Shown here piece after piece: positions 24,941 through 37,967 of a stretch of 64,000 bases of DNA (position 1 is its first letter; every line of letters starts with the position of its first letter). The position numbers were made by a program, and so were the translations under genes. The notes under the pieces are model-generated. The model ran no database searches. It was given only the letters and a program-made list of their open reading frames with translations, and was not told the DNA's origin. Location: the NCBI GenBank assembly GCA_010093705.1, contig MU006094.1, positions 1,277,550 through 1,341,549 on the forward strand. Reading direction: 5' to 3'. The stretch comes from Patellaria atrata CBS 101060 (taxonomy: Eukaryota).

Positions 24941-27900
24941 ATGGCCACGCAACAAGACGACAGTGAGCGCTCTGCTCCAGTGAAAAGGATAAGATGGGCG
25001 ACTCGCAGAGCTCCGGGTCAAACGGGGGCGCAGAAGCGGAAATCCTTGATGGACCGGTTGCACAGTCGAACTGGCTCGACGGAGAAGAAGCGCGACTCAA
25101 GAGGTTCCGATAATAGTAAACCCCTCGATATGGCAAATAATCCCGAAGATAGTTCATCGTCTGATGATGGGAGCGATTCTCCAGATGGTCGCAGAGTATT
25201 TTTCAACATTCCGCTGCCTCCCGACGCTCTGGATGAGGACGGACACCCACTACAAAACTTCATGAGAAACAAGATCAGAACAGCAAAATATACCCCTTTG
25301 AGTTTCGTACCCAAAAACTTATGGTTTCAATTTCACAATATCGCGAACGTGTACTTCCTATTCACCATCATATTAGGAGTGAGTTAATTCGCACCGGAGA
25401 CTTAGTGTCCGCTAATCTGTTTCTTTCTAGATATTTTCAATTTTTGGCGCTTCTAATCCCGCACTGAATGCCACCCCTCTCATCGTTATCGTAAGCATCA
25501 CTGGGATCAAAGACGCTATTGAAGATTGGAGGAGAACAACACTTGATGTTGAATTGAATAATGCACCAGTACACCGGCTTGTAGACTATAATAACGTGAA
25601 TACCGCCGAGGACAGCATCTCACTGTGGCGAAGAATCAAAAAGGCTTCAACAAGAGCAGTTAACTTTTTATGGAGAAGATGGCAAGAAAGGAAGCAGGTT
25701 AAAAGTGGAAAGGGGAAAACATATGCAGAAAGAGCTATGGACGAAGGAAGAGCATCAATCGATACAAGGCGAACATCCATGGTTTCCAGACGAGCGTCAG
25801 TGACATCTACACATAGCGAACCAGGCGATGATGGAATCCAGATGACCCCAGTCCCATCCCCACTTCCTGGACAAGGTCCCAACGGCGACGATATCTTGAA
25901 TGTCAGAGGCGCACCAGAAGTTACAGTCACATTTGAAAATGATAAGAAAGACGACAAAGCAAAACGTCAAAGCGCACAACCGCCGCAGAGATTTTACGGC
26001 AGTCTCATTGATCCGTTCATGGAGGTGCCAGAAAAAGCGCGATTCAAAAAAGACTATTGGAAGAATGTCCAAGTGGGTGACTTTATTCGTTTATACGACG
26101 AAGAGCCCATTCCGGCAGATGTCGTGATCCTCTCAACTTCCGATAATGACGGAGCTTGCTATGTGGAAACCAAGAATTTAGATGGCGAGACTAACCTTAA
26201 GGTGCGGCAAGCTCTACATTGCGGACGCAAAGTTCGACATGCAAGACATTGTGAAAAGAGTGCGTTTGTGATTGAAAGCGAACCTCCTCAGGCGAACCTA
26301 TATTCCTACAGCGGCATCATAAAGTGGAATCAACGTGATCCAAACAACGAATCCGCCCCGGGAACAGAGATGGCCGAGCCTATCACTATCAACAATCTTC
26401 TCCTTCGTGGAAGCAGTCTCAGAAATACAGAGTGGGCCTTGGGCGTTGTTGTCTTTACCGGGCAGGAAACGAAGATCATGCTCAATGCGGGAATTACACC
26501 AAGTAAAAGAGCGAGAATCTCTAAAGACCTCAACTGGAACGTCATCTACAACTTCGTCGTTTTGTTCTTCATGTGTTTGGTGGCTGCGATCGTTCAAGGC
26601 ACCACTTGGGGTCAAGGGAGTAACTCCTTGAACTTCTTCGAGTTCGGTTCATATGGCGGTTCTCCTGGAATTGATGGTTTCATCACCTTCTGGGCAGCTA
26701 TAATCTTGTTCCAGAACTTGGTACCCGTTTCTCTGTATATCACTCTGGAAATCATTCGGACAGCGCAAGCAATCTTCATCTACAACGATATAGGCATGTA
26801 CTACGAGAGACTCGACTATCCATGCACCCCTAAATCATGGAATATTTCCGACGATCTCGGCCAAGTAGAGTACATATTCTCGGATAAAACCGGCACTTTG
26901 ACGCAAAATGTCATGGAGTTCAAGAAAGCAACAATCAATGGTGTTCCTTATGGCGAAGCATATACCGAAGCAATGGCCGGTATGCAGCGACGTCAAGGTG
27001 TGGATGTTGAGGATGAAGCTGCTCGAGCTCGAGAACAAATCGCAATGGATCGTGTTTCGATGATTGACCAACTACGAAAGTTGCACGACAATCCATATCT
27101 GCATGATGAGGACCTCACCTTTGTTGCACCGGATTTCGTTCGTGACTTATCTGGTGAACAAGGCCTCGAGCAGTCCCAAGCAAACGAAAACTTCATGCTT
27201 GCTCTGGCCCTCTGTCATACTGTCATCACCGAAAGAACGCCTGGTGACCCTCCGAAGATTGAGTTCAAAGCGCAATCCCCTGATGAAGCCGCTCTTGTTG
27301 CTACTGCAAGGGACTGCGGTTTTACTGTAATGGGCAGACACAAGGACCAAATTATTCTTAATGTGATGGGTGAGGACAGAGCATACACTGTGCTCAACAC
27401 GCTTGAATTCAATTCGTCCAGAAAACGAATGAGCGCGATCATTAGAATGCCAGACGGTAAGATCATACTATTTTGCAAAGGTGCTGATAGTATCATCTAT
27501 TCTCGCCTGAGACGTGGCGAACAAAAGGAACTACGTGCAATCACGGCTGATCATCTAGAGATGTTCGCTCGGGAAGGTCTGCGAACACTTTGTATCGCAC
27601 AACGAGAACTTGGCGAGGAGGAATATCAGTTATGGAATAAGCAACACGATCTAGCTGCAGCTGCCGTTACGAATCGCGAGGAAAAGCTCGAAGAGATTTC
27701 AGATGCCATAGAAAGGGAACTTACACTGCTTGGTGGGACTGCCATCGAAGACCGTCTCCAAGACGGTGTTCCTGACTCTATCGCTCTCCTGGGTAAAGCT
27801 GGAATTAAGCTGTGGGTTCTCACTGGCGACAAAGTGGAAACTGCTATCAACATCGGCTTCTCCTGTAATCTTCTGGACAACAATATGGATCTCATTGTCC

Positions 27901-29756
27901 TCAAAATCGAGGACGACTCTTTAGAGACTGCCGAAGCGGAACTCGATCGCCACCTAGCAACATTCAATATGACCGGTTCTGAGGAAGAACTGAAAGCAGC
28001 ACAGCATAATCATGAACCTCCGGATCCAACCCATGCAATTGTCATTGACGGTGACTCCTTAAAGCTTGTGCTTGACGACACTCTCAAACGGAAATTTTTG
28101 CTCCTTTGCAAACAATGTAGATCCGTGCTGTGTTGCAGAGTTAGTCCAAGTCAGAAAGCGGCGGTCGTCGATATGGTTAAGCATGGATTGGATTGTCTCA
28201 CTCTCTCCATCGGCGATGGTGCTAACGATGTTGCCATGATTCAGACAGCACACGTTGGCGTCGGAATTGCTGGTGAAGAAGGCAGACAGGCAGTCATGTC
28301 GTCCGATTATGCCATCGGTCAATTTAAGTTTCTAACTCGTCTTGTGCTTGTTCACGGCCGGTGGTCTTATAGGAGGTTAGCAGAGACTATTGCTAACTTT
28401 TTCTACAAGAACTTAGTCTGGACATTTTCTCTATTTTGGTATCAGATCTACACCAATTTTGACTGCCAGTACATCTTTGATTACACCTACATCATTATGT
28501 TTAACTTGGCTTTCACGTCTCTCCCGGTTATTCTTATGGGTATCCTGGACCAAGACGTAGATGACAAAGTATCTTTGGCTGTTCCCCAGCTCTACCGACG
28601 AGGCATCGAGCGGAAGGAATGGACCCAACCGAAGTTCTGGTGAGTTGAATATATGAGATGTTCGAACTATTCACTAATAGATATATGCAGGATGTATATG
28701 GGTGATGGTCTCTACCAATCACTTATCGTTTTCTGTGTGACCTACCTTCTGTTCCGCGACGGTAACTTTGTTACTATGAGTGGTCTCAACATTGATGATA
28801 CCAAGCGAATGGGCGTTTACATAGCCACAGGTGCTGTTATCGTCGCTAACATCTATATCCTCCTGAACACCTACCGCTGGGACTGGCTTGTGATTCTCAT
28901 AGTTATCATTTCTACTCTCCTTATATGGTTCTGGACAGGAGTCTACACAGCTACTACAGCAGGATTCTCCTTCTACCAGGCGGCTCCTCAGGTTTATGGC
29001 CAACTTTCATTCTGGGCAGTTGTCCTCCTCACTATCATCATATGTTTGCTTCCACGCTTTTCCGTTAAATCGTTCCAGAAAATGTACTTCCCTTATGACG
29101 TCGACATTATCCGCGAACAAGTTCGGCAAGGGAAGTTTGACTATCTCAAGGAAACCGAGCAACTTATCCCACCTGCACCGGAAGAGAAACTGGCCATGGA
29201 ATCCTCAATGACATCAGATGACGCTCCAAAACCGGTACCACTCACCCGTAAGACCTCACCTGGTCATCATCGCTATAGGCCTTCAATTCCGGAATCTGAG
29301 CGTCCGATCTACCCACCGTCTGTAGCTCCTACAACAACTACAACCAATTACCAGCCACGCTCACAGAACGGCAGTGACGGTACAGACTATACACGCCATA
29401 CCCGCTCATCCTTCGATCTCATCCGGGAAACACCCCGGGAAACGCCTCGTGGATCTCTCGATCAACGTAGAGTTGCTACTCGCGACTCTTACGCGGGAAC
29501 AAACCGCGACTCGTACGCGAGAGACAGCTTTGATCGTCCGCGGCCATCATTTGATAGAGCAAGAATGAGTATGGACAGGATCAGACCGAGTTTCGAGGCA
29601 AGTCGGGATTTCACGAGTGCTGCCCTACTAACCAGGTTAGAGAGCAGTCATTCGGGTCCCAGCCACAGCCGAGACCCTAGCCTAGGCCCTGGATTCAGTC
29701 CTGTGAGTCCGCAGGTCAGTAGGAGGAGAGAAGATATCAGTGATAGTTTGAGGTGA
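24941..29756 (+). CDS. DNF1: P4-type ATPase phospholipid flippase (Dnf1/Dnf2 type), 3 exons
   Basis: NKIRTAKYTP, DGET (ETKNLDGETNLK), phosphorylation motif DKTGTLT, SPDEAALV, KGAD, TGDK and GDGAND. Introns at 25379-25430 and 28640-28690. Confidence 0.95.
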
Positions 29757-30686
29757 TAAGATTGTGTTGCAAAGTGCTCCTGGGGTTTTACTACGAGCAT
29801 TTCATGTTTTTCTTTTCCTTATGCACGGCGTGCTGTGCTGGGCGTTGGGGTTATATTGGGTAGAACGCCTTTGCATTGGGGTGACATTTTTCTCTACCTT
29901 CTCACTTCACCTTTTTGTGTCTCTTCCACGTCCAAATTTACATTTCTTTCCGAATATTCTACCTTTCGCCAGTCATCTCCAAAGGTAATGACCTCTTTGA
30001 CTCATCACCTTCCATTCGCATTTCGGCTCTTTCTTTTCTTACCTTCTACCCGAACCGTTTTTCTACTTCTTCAGTCATGCTTCCATGGAGCTCATAAATG
30101 TAATTTTCCCTTATCGTCACGATAGAGATTCCGGTGTCTGGCGTTTTAGCGAAAGGATCGGCGATACGACTCGTCATGCTCTCTTGACATTCCCCATCGC
30201 TTATTGGGATTGTAGATAGTCTAACTTGCAAATTCGAGGTGCCTGTATTAAGCATATACTGAGCCTTCGTGCAGTGATATCAGACAGTCAGAATTAGAGG
30301 ATCGATCAGAGCTCTGTTACGATTCCATATCTTTTCTTTTTGTGGATCTCTCCGCTACTGACTACTGTACGGTTAGTCAGTACATTACGAGAAGATCCAG
30401 AGTTTATGAAGGAATAACGACTGTATTTATACAAACTTTCATCATACAGGCAATACAGGTCTGTTAAACTGCGAGCTTGACGGCCAGTCAGTACTAATTC
30501 CGCAATGCGAAGCAATAAGAGGCACAAGAAAGCTGAGGTTAGTATAGGAGGCTGCGATAAATGGTAGGAGGCTAGCGCAGTTCAAGTTTAGCGCAGAATC
30601 CTGGATTTTATTCTCCCTCTTCAACACCTTCCAAATTGTTTCCTCCAACCACTCATGAATATATCTTTCACTAGTTGCTAAATGAA

Positions 30687-30715
30687 CATCATCATCATCA
30701 TCATCATCATCATCA
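30687..30715. repeat. (CAT)9 microsatellite
   Basis: Read directly from the sequence. Confidence 0.95.
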
Positions 30716-30981
30716 ACTTTTACAAGGGATATCACAGCTTGATGGTGTGATCCTATTTTAGCATCAGCTCTGGAGGGCAAAGTACTTTGCCTTCAAAATC
30801 AAAAATGTTCAATCGTCTTCATTTCGTTTTCTTCACCAAATATTTTCTTCGCTCTCTAGTTAACGTCATCTAACATTAAAATACAGTCCTACATTAATAG
30901 CTTATTTCTCCGCCACGTTGTTAGTTCTCCCGGCGTTTCTTTAACATATTAAGCTAAACCCCCCTTTCAATCGACTCTTTC

Positions 30982-33386
30982 TTACCGTCTCCAGTTCTCA
31001 TTCGCCTTTTGGACGCCGAATCGCTCCGCCAAAGTCACCCATGCAGAGACGAACAGCAGAGTTCTGAACGCCGGAGAATCACCCTCTCCGTCAAATGCAC
31101 GATCTAACGCACTTTCAACAACGGAATATTCAACAAAGCCCAACCCTTCGACTGCTTCCCGTGTCAAGAGCCCCTTGAACATTTGGTGCAATGCACCGTT
31201 CTTTGGCCATCTCGTGGGTGCCAAGAATGGATGCTTCCTCCTCTCGTACAGTTCCTTCGTGATATAAGGCTTTACTGCTTCGCGGAGGATCCACTTCTCT
31301 GTTATCGATTGTCTTGCTGCGCCAATACCCTTCCATAACGGACCCTGCTCAAGTATCTTGGCTTCGTCGACTGGTGTGTACGCCATCTTGACGCTGGGTG
31401 GTAGCCCGTTGATATACTCAGTCAAAACATGATCCAGGAATGGCGTACGAGCCTCAACACTGTGAGCCATTTCTGTTCGGTCCCCAAGGCAAGATAACAG
31501 CAGGTTAGCCAGTGATGCTTTGTTCCACATATACATCGATGTGTGAAGTGGATGCCACTTAGAACGCATCTTAGCTCGCACATCAGGAGGATGTGATGCC
31601 ATAACTGTTTCCCGACAGTCGATTCCTTCATATTGCTTTCGGATCCACGGAGCGAAGAGGCTCGTTTTTGGGTGCCATACTAGAAGTGTCTCAGGCATCG
31701 TAGTGCCGTTGGCGTCAGCCATCGCTTCACTCCTTGCCAGATCGTGTGCGGTACCGCCGATGTTGCGGAAAATCATCTTCATCTCTTCCTCAAGAATTTG
31801 CTGCATAGTATCGCGAAGTTCGTTGTTTTTGGCGAGCGGGGAATCTGGCAGTGAGAGATCCGGTTCTCGCAGGAACTCCTCTGCGAAATATGGATATCCA
31901 GCAAAATGCTCGTCGGCGCCTTCTCCGGTCAAGACTACCTTGACGCCGTGCTCCCGTGGAAGAGTCGACAGAGCAAATTTGGCAACAAAATTTAGATCCC
32001 AATGATGGTGCTCGCAATGGTAAACTGCATCGGCAAAGTCATGGGCGAGAGTAGACTCGTCAACGTCCCTTTTGATGGTTTCGACTCCTAGCCATTTGGC
32101 CGTACGCTCTGCAATCTCTATTGTGTCTATTAGCCGATATTGGTTAATCTCAACGTTTCAGTAAATTCATACGGGACTCATCGTAACCAGAACTTTCTGG
32201 AAACCGGACACTAAAGCATGCAACTCGGGTTTTGTTCCCCTGGCTTCCAATGCTAACATGCTCCTTCTGAGCCAATTCCGTCACAATACCTGCCACAGCC
32301 GATGAGTCGATTCCTCCTGAGAGGTATATTCCCACAGGAACGTCGGCTCGTAAGCGCAAGCGAATCGACTCAACAAGTCTCTCGCGAACTCCAAGAACCA
32401 TTTCGTCAATAGTCCGGGTCTCGAGCTCAGTCTATAACACTCTCTGTTAGCATCCGAGACCCCAAGTCTCGACCCTGAAGACGTACCTTGTTCTTGTACT
32501 CGGCATCCCAATACTTGTGAATTTCCATCCCCCGCTCTTCCGTGAGCTCAATCCAATGTCCAGGTAACAGCTTCTTCACACCATTAAAGAGTGTTCTGTC
32601 GTCCATCTGCCAGCCTCCGTCCACGATAGCGGCCACATCCCACTCCGGCTTCCATCCCATAGGTAGAAATGCCTTTGCCTCGGCCGCCATCAACAATCTC
32701 CCTTCGACGATTGTGTACACCATTGGCTTAATACCATACCTATCCCTCCCTGCAATGACTCGTTTCATTCCCCCACGGCTATCGTATAACACAAAGGCAA
32801 ATTCTCCCCTTAGGTGTTCGAACAATCCCGGTGCCCCATGAATTTTGTACAGCGCGAGTACCAGCTCGCTATCGCTTTCACCATGGAATCTATAGCCATG
32901 TTCTTCTTTACACTCACGACGCAGACGGTCAAAGTCGTAAATCTCGCCATTCACGACCGCTTGAAGCTCTCCGCAGTCGCTGTGGAGTGGTTGGCGGCCG
33001 CTCGGTGAAAGATCGTTGATGGAGAGACGGCAGTGTCCTAATGCGACCTCATTTGATGGGCTGATCCAGATCCCGGATTCGTCCGGGCCGCGGTGGTTAA
33101 GGATGTCGATGGATGCTTGAAGTTGAGATCTAAGGGTCGAGTTGGTATCGTCAATATTGCCGTTGTTGTAGCCATTGGTTATGCCGTTGGTATAGCCATT
33201 CGTGTGGGCTTGGATGTGACCATTGGCATATCCATTGGTATGACCATTAGTCTCTTCATTGGTATGGTTGAGGTATCCATTGGTATACCCGTTCGTTTGG
33301 CCATTGGTATAGCCATTTGTATGACCGTTCGTATGACCATTTGTTCTGGGTTTAGGGAGAGCAACGCTTGCCGTGATACCACACAT
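30982..33386 (-). CDS. Asparagine synthetase B-like glutamine amidotransferase (cluster-associated), 3 exons
   Basis: Ntn nucleophile MCGI, HRGPD, NGEIY, SDSE, RDRYGIKP, PP-loop LSGGIDSS, TGEGADEHFAGY, VEARTPFLD and KWILREA. Introns at 32486-32432 and 32172-32118. Confidence 0.93.
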
Positions 33387-34234
33387 TCTGACTGACTGTT
33401 ATCCAGCGTCGGGTCGGCCAAGTGTTCAAGTCACTCCTGAACATTAGAAATAAGGCAGCTTCCTGCTTAACATACTATATTCACTCTACAATAGCTAACG
33501 ATATACACAGGGTAAACATTGCTAAATTGGAAAATCGACAAGGTAAGCAATATTTCCTGATTCGGTCACGGGCCGGCCAATGATGTGCTACCCGCTTCGG
33601 ACCGAGGCCACATTAGGAAATTTATTAACGGTGATCAGGTAAGTTAGTTTCTACATCTGATATCCTCTTATCATGATAATTCTTCATGGGAGACATTGCT
33701 GAAGGGTCTCCTACAGTCTGGACAGATTGGAGTCGTAATAAGTTGATAATGATAGAATTAGTAGTACCATCCAGATGGTGTACACCCCTGTTGTTTCTAT
33801 TAATTCAAAGATCATACTGTAGTGGAGAAACAATGGTAAAAATTGTCGTAGCGAATTATTGGAGACTTTTTCAAGAGTTCCAGGCTCGATGTTATATCTA
33901 CTTAGTTATCTTTCAATGGACTAAGGAGGTAGAAATGATGATATAACTATTTTAACTTCAAACCTTATGCTGTAAGTAATGAACACTAGTTTTCTTTCGG
34001 TTTCAATATTCATCGAATTAAAGTTGGAAAAGTTCGATTCGATTCTACTTGGTCTTCGGCCTCTTCCTTTATGTCTACTCTGCAAAATGTTCTCCAAGTA
34101 TTAATAGGACTTTCATAAATACTATATATTTTAAAAATCCATCAAAATTATACCGTCTTCTGCCCAATCCAAACCTTTCTGAAGCCTGTCAATACCTACC
34201 CTGTTAAGAAGTATCAGACATATTTCTCCGAAAC

Positions 34235-36001
34235 TTATTCCTTTGATGTTGACGGTGATGGCCATTCTGACCGCCTTGTTGGACTGGTGTACAAGTTTAG
34301 CGGTCGAACAACCAAGAACTCGGGATCATACACCACGGCTTCGGTCGAGGAATCGTCAAAGTGATAGCGGTAGACCAACTCGGCCAATACCATCTTCACC
34401 TCCAACAACGCCAAATTGAACCCCACACACCCTCGTCCTCCGGCAGCAAACGGGGTATACAAACCCTTTCTCGCCGCTTTGCCCGCAGTCCCTTCCGGTA
34501 TCCATCGGTCAGGATCAAACCGTGCGGGGTTCTCCCAGTGCTCGGGATTCTTATGGATACTTGGGAAACATGGGATTACAATCGATCCGGCAGGAATGAG
34601 GTATCCGCCTGGCAGCACGACATCTTTCTTCGCGTTACGGGCCGTCTGAAAACTTGGGCTGTGCATTCGCTGTGTCTCTTTTACAAAGCAATCGAGAAAC
34701 TTCATACTGTGTAGCTCATCATGAGTCCAGGTGCGCTTGCCGTCGGCCCCGTTGTCGATTAGTTCTTGCAATAGCCGTTCTTGGTTTCCGGGATATTTGA
34801 CCAAGGAGTAGATGCACCAACTGAGCAGTGATGCGCTGGTGGTGAAACCCGCACCGAGCAACACTACTACGTTTGCGAGAAGGATATCCGGAGGAAGACC
34901 TTCTCCTTTTTCACCCCGAGCACGATACAAGAAGTCTGCAATACACGACGCCTTCAGCGAAGCGGCTGGATCTTGCAATGACAGAGGTCCACCGTCCTTA
35001 ACAACACATTCATTGAGCGCCTTCTCTACATTCTCCCATAACAACCTCTTAACCTCCCTCAATCTCGCTGGCTCGCCAAATGGTAAGCTGCCATACCACT
35101 TCGGTCTCAAGCTCGTCTTCTTCATCAACTTCAGATACTCCCCGAACAGTCTTATAACAACCGCAGGTGGAGTAGAGAGAGATTTGAAGTGCTCCAAATC
35201 CTGTCCGACGACTACGCGCCAGATAACCTGTCCGCCCATTTTAAACATGTACTGGTATACGTTGAACGCGAGCTTCTTATCCGATAATTCGTCGAGGATG
35301 TTGAACATAGAGCGCGCGGCGTCTTGCACGAGAGGCGCGTGGTGCGCCATGGCTCTGGGACTCATAGCCGGCGGTACGAATTTATGCGCCATCTGGAATG
35401 CCGGGGAGTCCGAGTCGCAAGTGAAGAGCGCGGTCTGCTCCCGCATGTAATACAGCGGATGCGATGGATCGGATGTCAGTTTCGTGAATAACTCCCCTTC
35501 GCGTAAAACGTGTCGCGATATTTCCGGTGAGTTGGTATGGAAGATGGTCGTGCCCATGTTTGTGGTTTTTATGACGGGTCCGTAGCGGGCGAAGAGTCGG
35601 TCATAGTTCCCGAGGGGGTCGGGGTAGATTTCATAGTGGTTCCCGACGACAGGGAGGGGACGCGGTCCGGGTGGGCTGATGACGGAGGCATATTGGGTTG
35701 AACGTATCTCGATCGGTGAGGTGGTCGATTTAATTGCTTCCAGCGAATCCAGGGGTCCTATTTCAGGGCTATGGAAGTGGAGAGCTAGTTCATTGGTGAG
35801 TTTCTCTTCCCTATTTTTCTACCCACTCTTTGAAGAATGAAAATGGGGATATGGAATTGGGGACGAACATTCGACATCTGCGAAAGCGAAGAGCTTCCCA
35901 AGGTTTGACTTTAGACTTTGTAGGGATGAGAATGAGGATATGTCGAGCTTCTGGCTGTGAGAAGCGCTGGGTGTTGCGCCAATGAAGAACTCATTCAACA
36001 T
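34235..36001 (-). CDS. Cytochrome P450 without N-terminal TM anchor (CYP540-like, CYP505 clan), 2 exons
   Basis: ATG at 36001 and intron at 35868-35785. Motifs PPGPRPLPVVGNHYEIYPD, I-helix AGFTTS, ExxR (ETQR), FDPDRW and heme motif FAAGGRGCVG. Confidence 0.92.
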
Positions 36002-36652
36002 GGCGGCGACGAGGTGCTTGAACTCTGTTGGACACGGGGAGAAAAAGATAGAGCGCAAAAATCTCTGCAAATGGTTTGCAGCAGAGATACAGTTTATAGT
36101 ATGATTGCCATCAAAGTAACTTCTAGGACTCAGTTTTCCCTCCTCAATGCAGATACTTAGAACTACGATTCTTACTTACAGCAGCATGGAGCTATCCATC
36201 GCCCAGACGGACGACCCTTTTCCAATTCTAAACCATCATCTACTCTCAACCTTGAGCATTCCATATACGTCGCTTACCGTCTTACTATTCACCTCTTCCC
36301 CATTCGACGTTGTAAAGCTTCCACTGTATCGAGATCGGACTATACCCGATCGGGTAGTCGGGGTTGCTCAAACGGGACCGCCAAATTCGGAATGCGTACC
36401 CGAGGCCGAAAATAGTAACTAGAACTACCGGATTAGGCAGTCTGATTATCAAATACGAATGCTCCCACTCATCGGTTTTAGGACTATACGCTTAGTAGGT
36501 GAATCTATGATCCTGAATTCTAACGCTATTTTGTAGAGATACTGAAGTCGAGGTCGAAACGCCAGACTATCACGCTCCAATATCAACAGCATCACGAAAC
36601 AGTTCTTGGTCCCAGACGACATCAATCGAGAGTAATACTCTAAGTTATCGAG

Positions 36653-37429
36653 ATGATAGCACTCAACGCCGACCAATCCATCCCCTTCACCGCCCTCTCC
36701 TCCCACAACTCCCCAAAGGACCTCTGGATCGCGGTTAATGGCCACGGTATGTCCCTCCACTTCTCCTCTTCGTGCCTTTAGAAAAAACAATCAAACCCCA
36801 ATATCGCAATCATAATCGATGCGACCCCAAACCATACAAGTAATCCCAACCCAATGAAGGAGTTAAAACATCGAACTGATCACCTATACACAGTCTTCGA
36901 CCTAACATCCTTCGCCGCCGACCACCCCGGCGGCGCGGACGTACTAACGGACTGCGCCGGCACAGACGGCAGCGAGGTATACGCCTACGCCGGGCACAGC
37001 GAGGGCGCCATGGAGACGCTGGGACGGTATCGGGTCGGCGTGCTGGAGGGGTGGGAGTGTACATCCACTCTGAACACGGAACCCGCGGACGTCAAGAGCA
37101 CTATTAAAGGCACGGGCAGCGCTATCCCAACCCTCCTAAACGTCGCGAGGGCAAATAGCGCATACCTGCTCTCCGGACTCGCGGTGTTAGCGGTCGTGTC
37201 GTGCGTGTATGCGCTTTTCGGGGCTTTGGTAAGTGCTGCAAAGGGGATGCATGGGGTGAGCATGGGAGGGTTCATGTCCCCTGCGACGTCGTTCCTGGGC
37301 GGTGTGCTGCTGATGTCGGGTGTTGGATGCGTGGGGATGGCGTTCGTTTATGGGGTTTTTGTCGAGACGATCAGGCATGAGAGGGAGGTGTTTAGTTATC
37401 CGGCCGTTATTCCGAGACGGGTGGGGTAG
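36653..37429 (+). CDS. Cytochrome b5 with two C-terminal hydrophobic segments, 2 exons
   Basis: HNSPKDLWIAVNGH/VFDLTSFAADHPGG...AGTDGSEVYAYAGHS, with both heme-ligand His present. Intron at 36747-36893. Confidence 0.92.
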
Positions 37430-37967
37430 GGGTATGGGAATTTGGTGGGAGAGGCGGGGTGTGGGTTGTGCTATGGGGGTCTGGGTTGGTTCAGTCTATG
37501 GCGTATGTGGTGGAATAGAGTCGATGGGTGTAATCTGGATATAATGAGGATTTTGTCTGAAGGGGAATACTATCTCATTTCCTCAAACTATGCGCTATCT
37601 GCCTTGAATAACAGACTGAAAACGCTCTTGACATGGAACACTGATATTAGTTATGGTTGAACGATACGGAACTGATGTACACAACGGAAACATTAGTTGA
37701 TGTGACTTAGATAGCTAAGTTGATATATTTTATACACCAAATGACATTCATTGTAAGATGTATTCGAGACCGGTAACTTATACTTATCGAATAAGATTAT
37801 GTGCAAAATGAAATTATTTGAATTATATATTTCGCTATTCTATTATTCTATTACTCTAGATTCTACAGTGAAATTTTTGAAATGAAAGCGAACAACCGAT
37901 TAATCCACCCAATTATGCGTCTATAACCCATTAAAGTTCGTGATATCATACAATACTTCAATAAAAA

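Noticed and set aside
24941..29756. Flippase next to the cluster as a self-resistance or export gene
   Set aside because: It looks like the ordinary conserved Dnf1/2 housekeeping gene, and nothing in the window indicates a duplicate copy.
30442..30780. 112 aa ORF with poly-Asp
   Set aside because: Driven by the (CAT)9 repeat, with a non-ATG start and no recognisable motif.
30982..33386. Housekeeping asparagine synthetase
   Set aside because: Cluster context, the NG-repeat insertion and a divergent C-terminal half point to a secondary-metabolism amidotransferase. A phylogeny is still needed.
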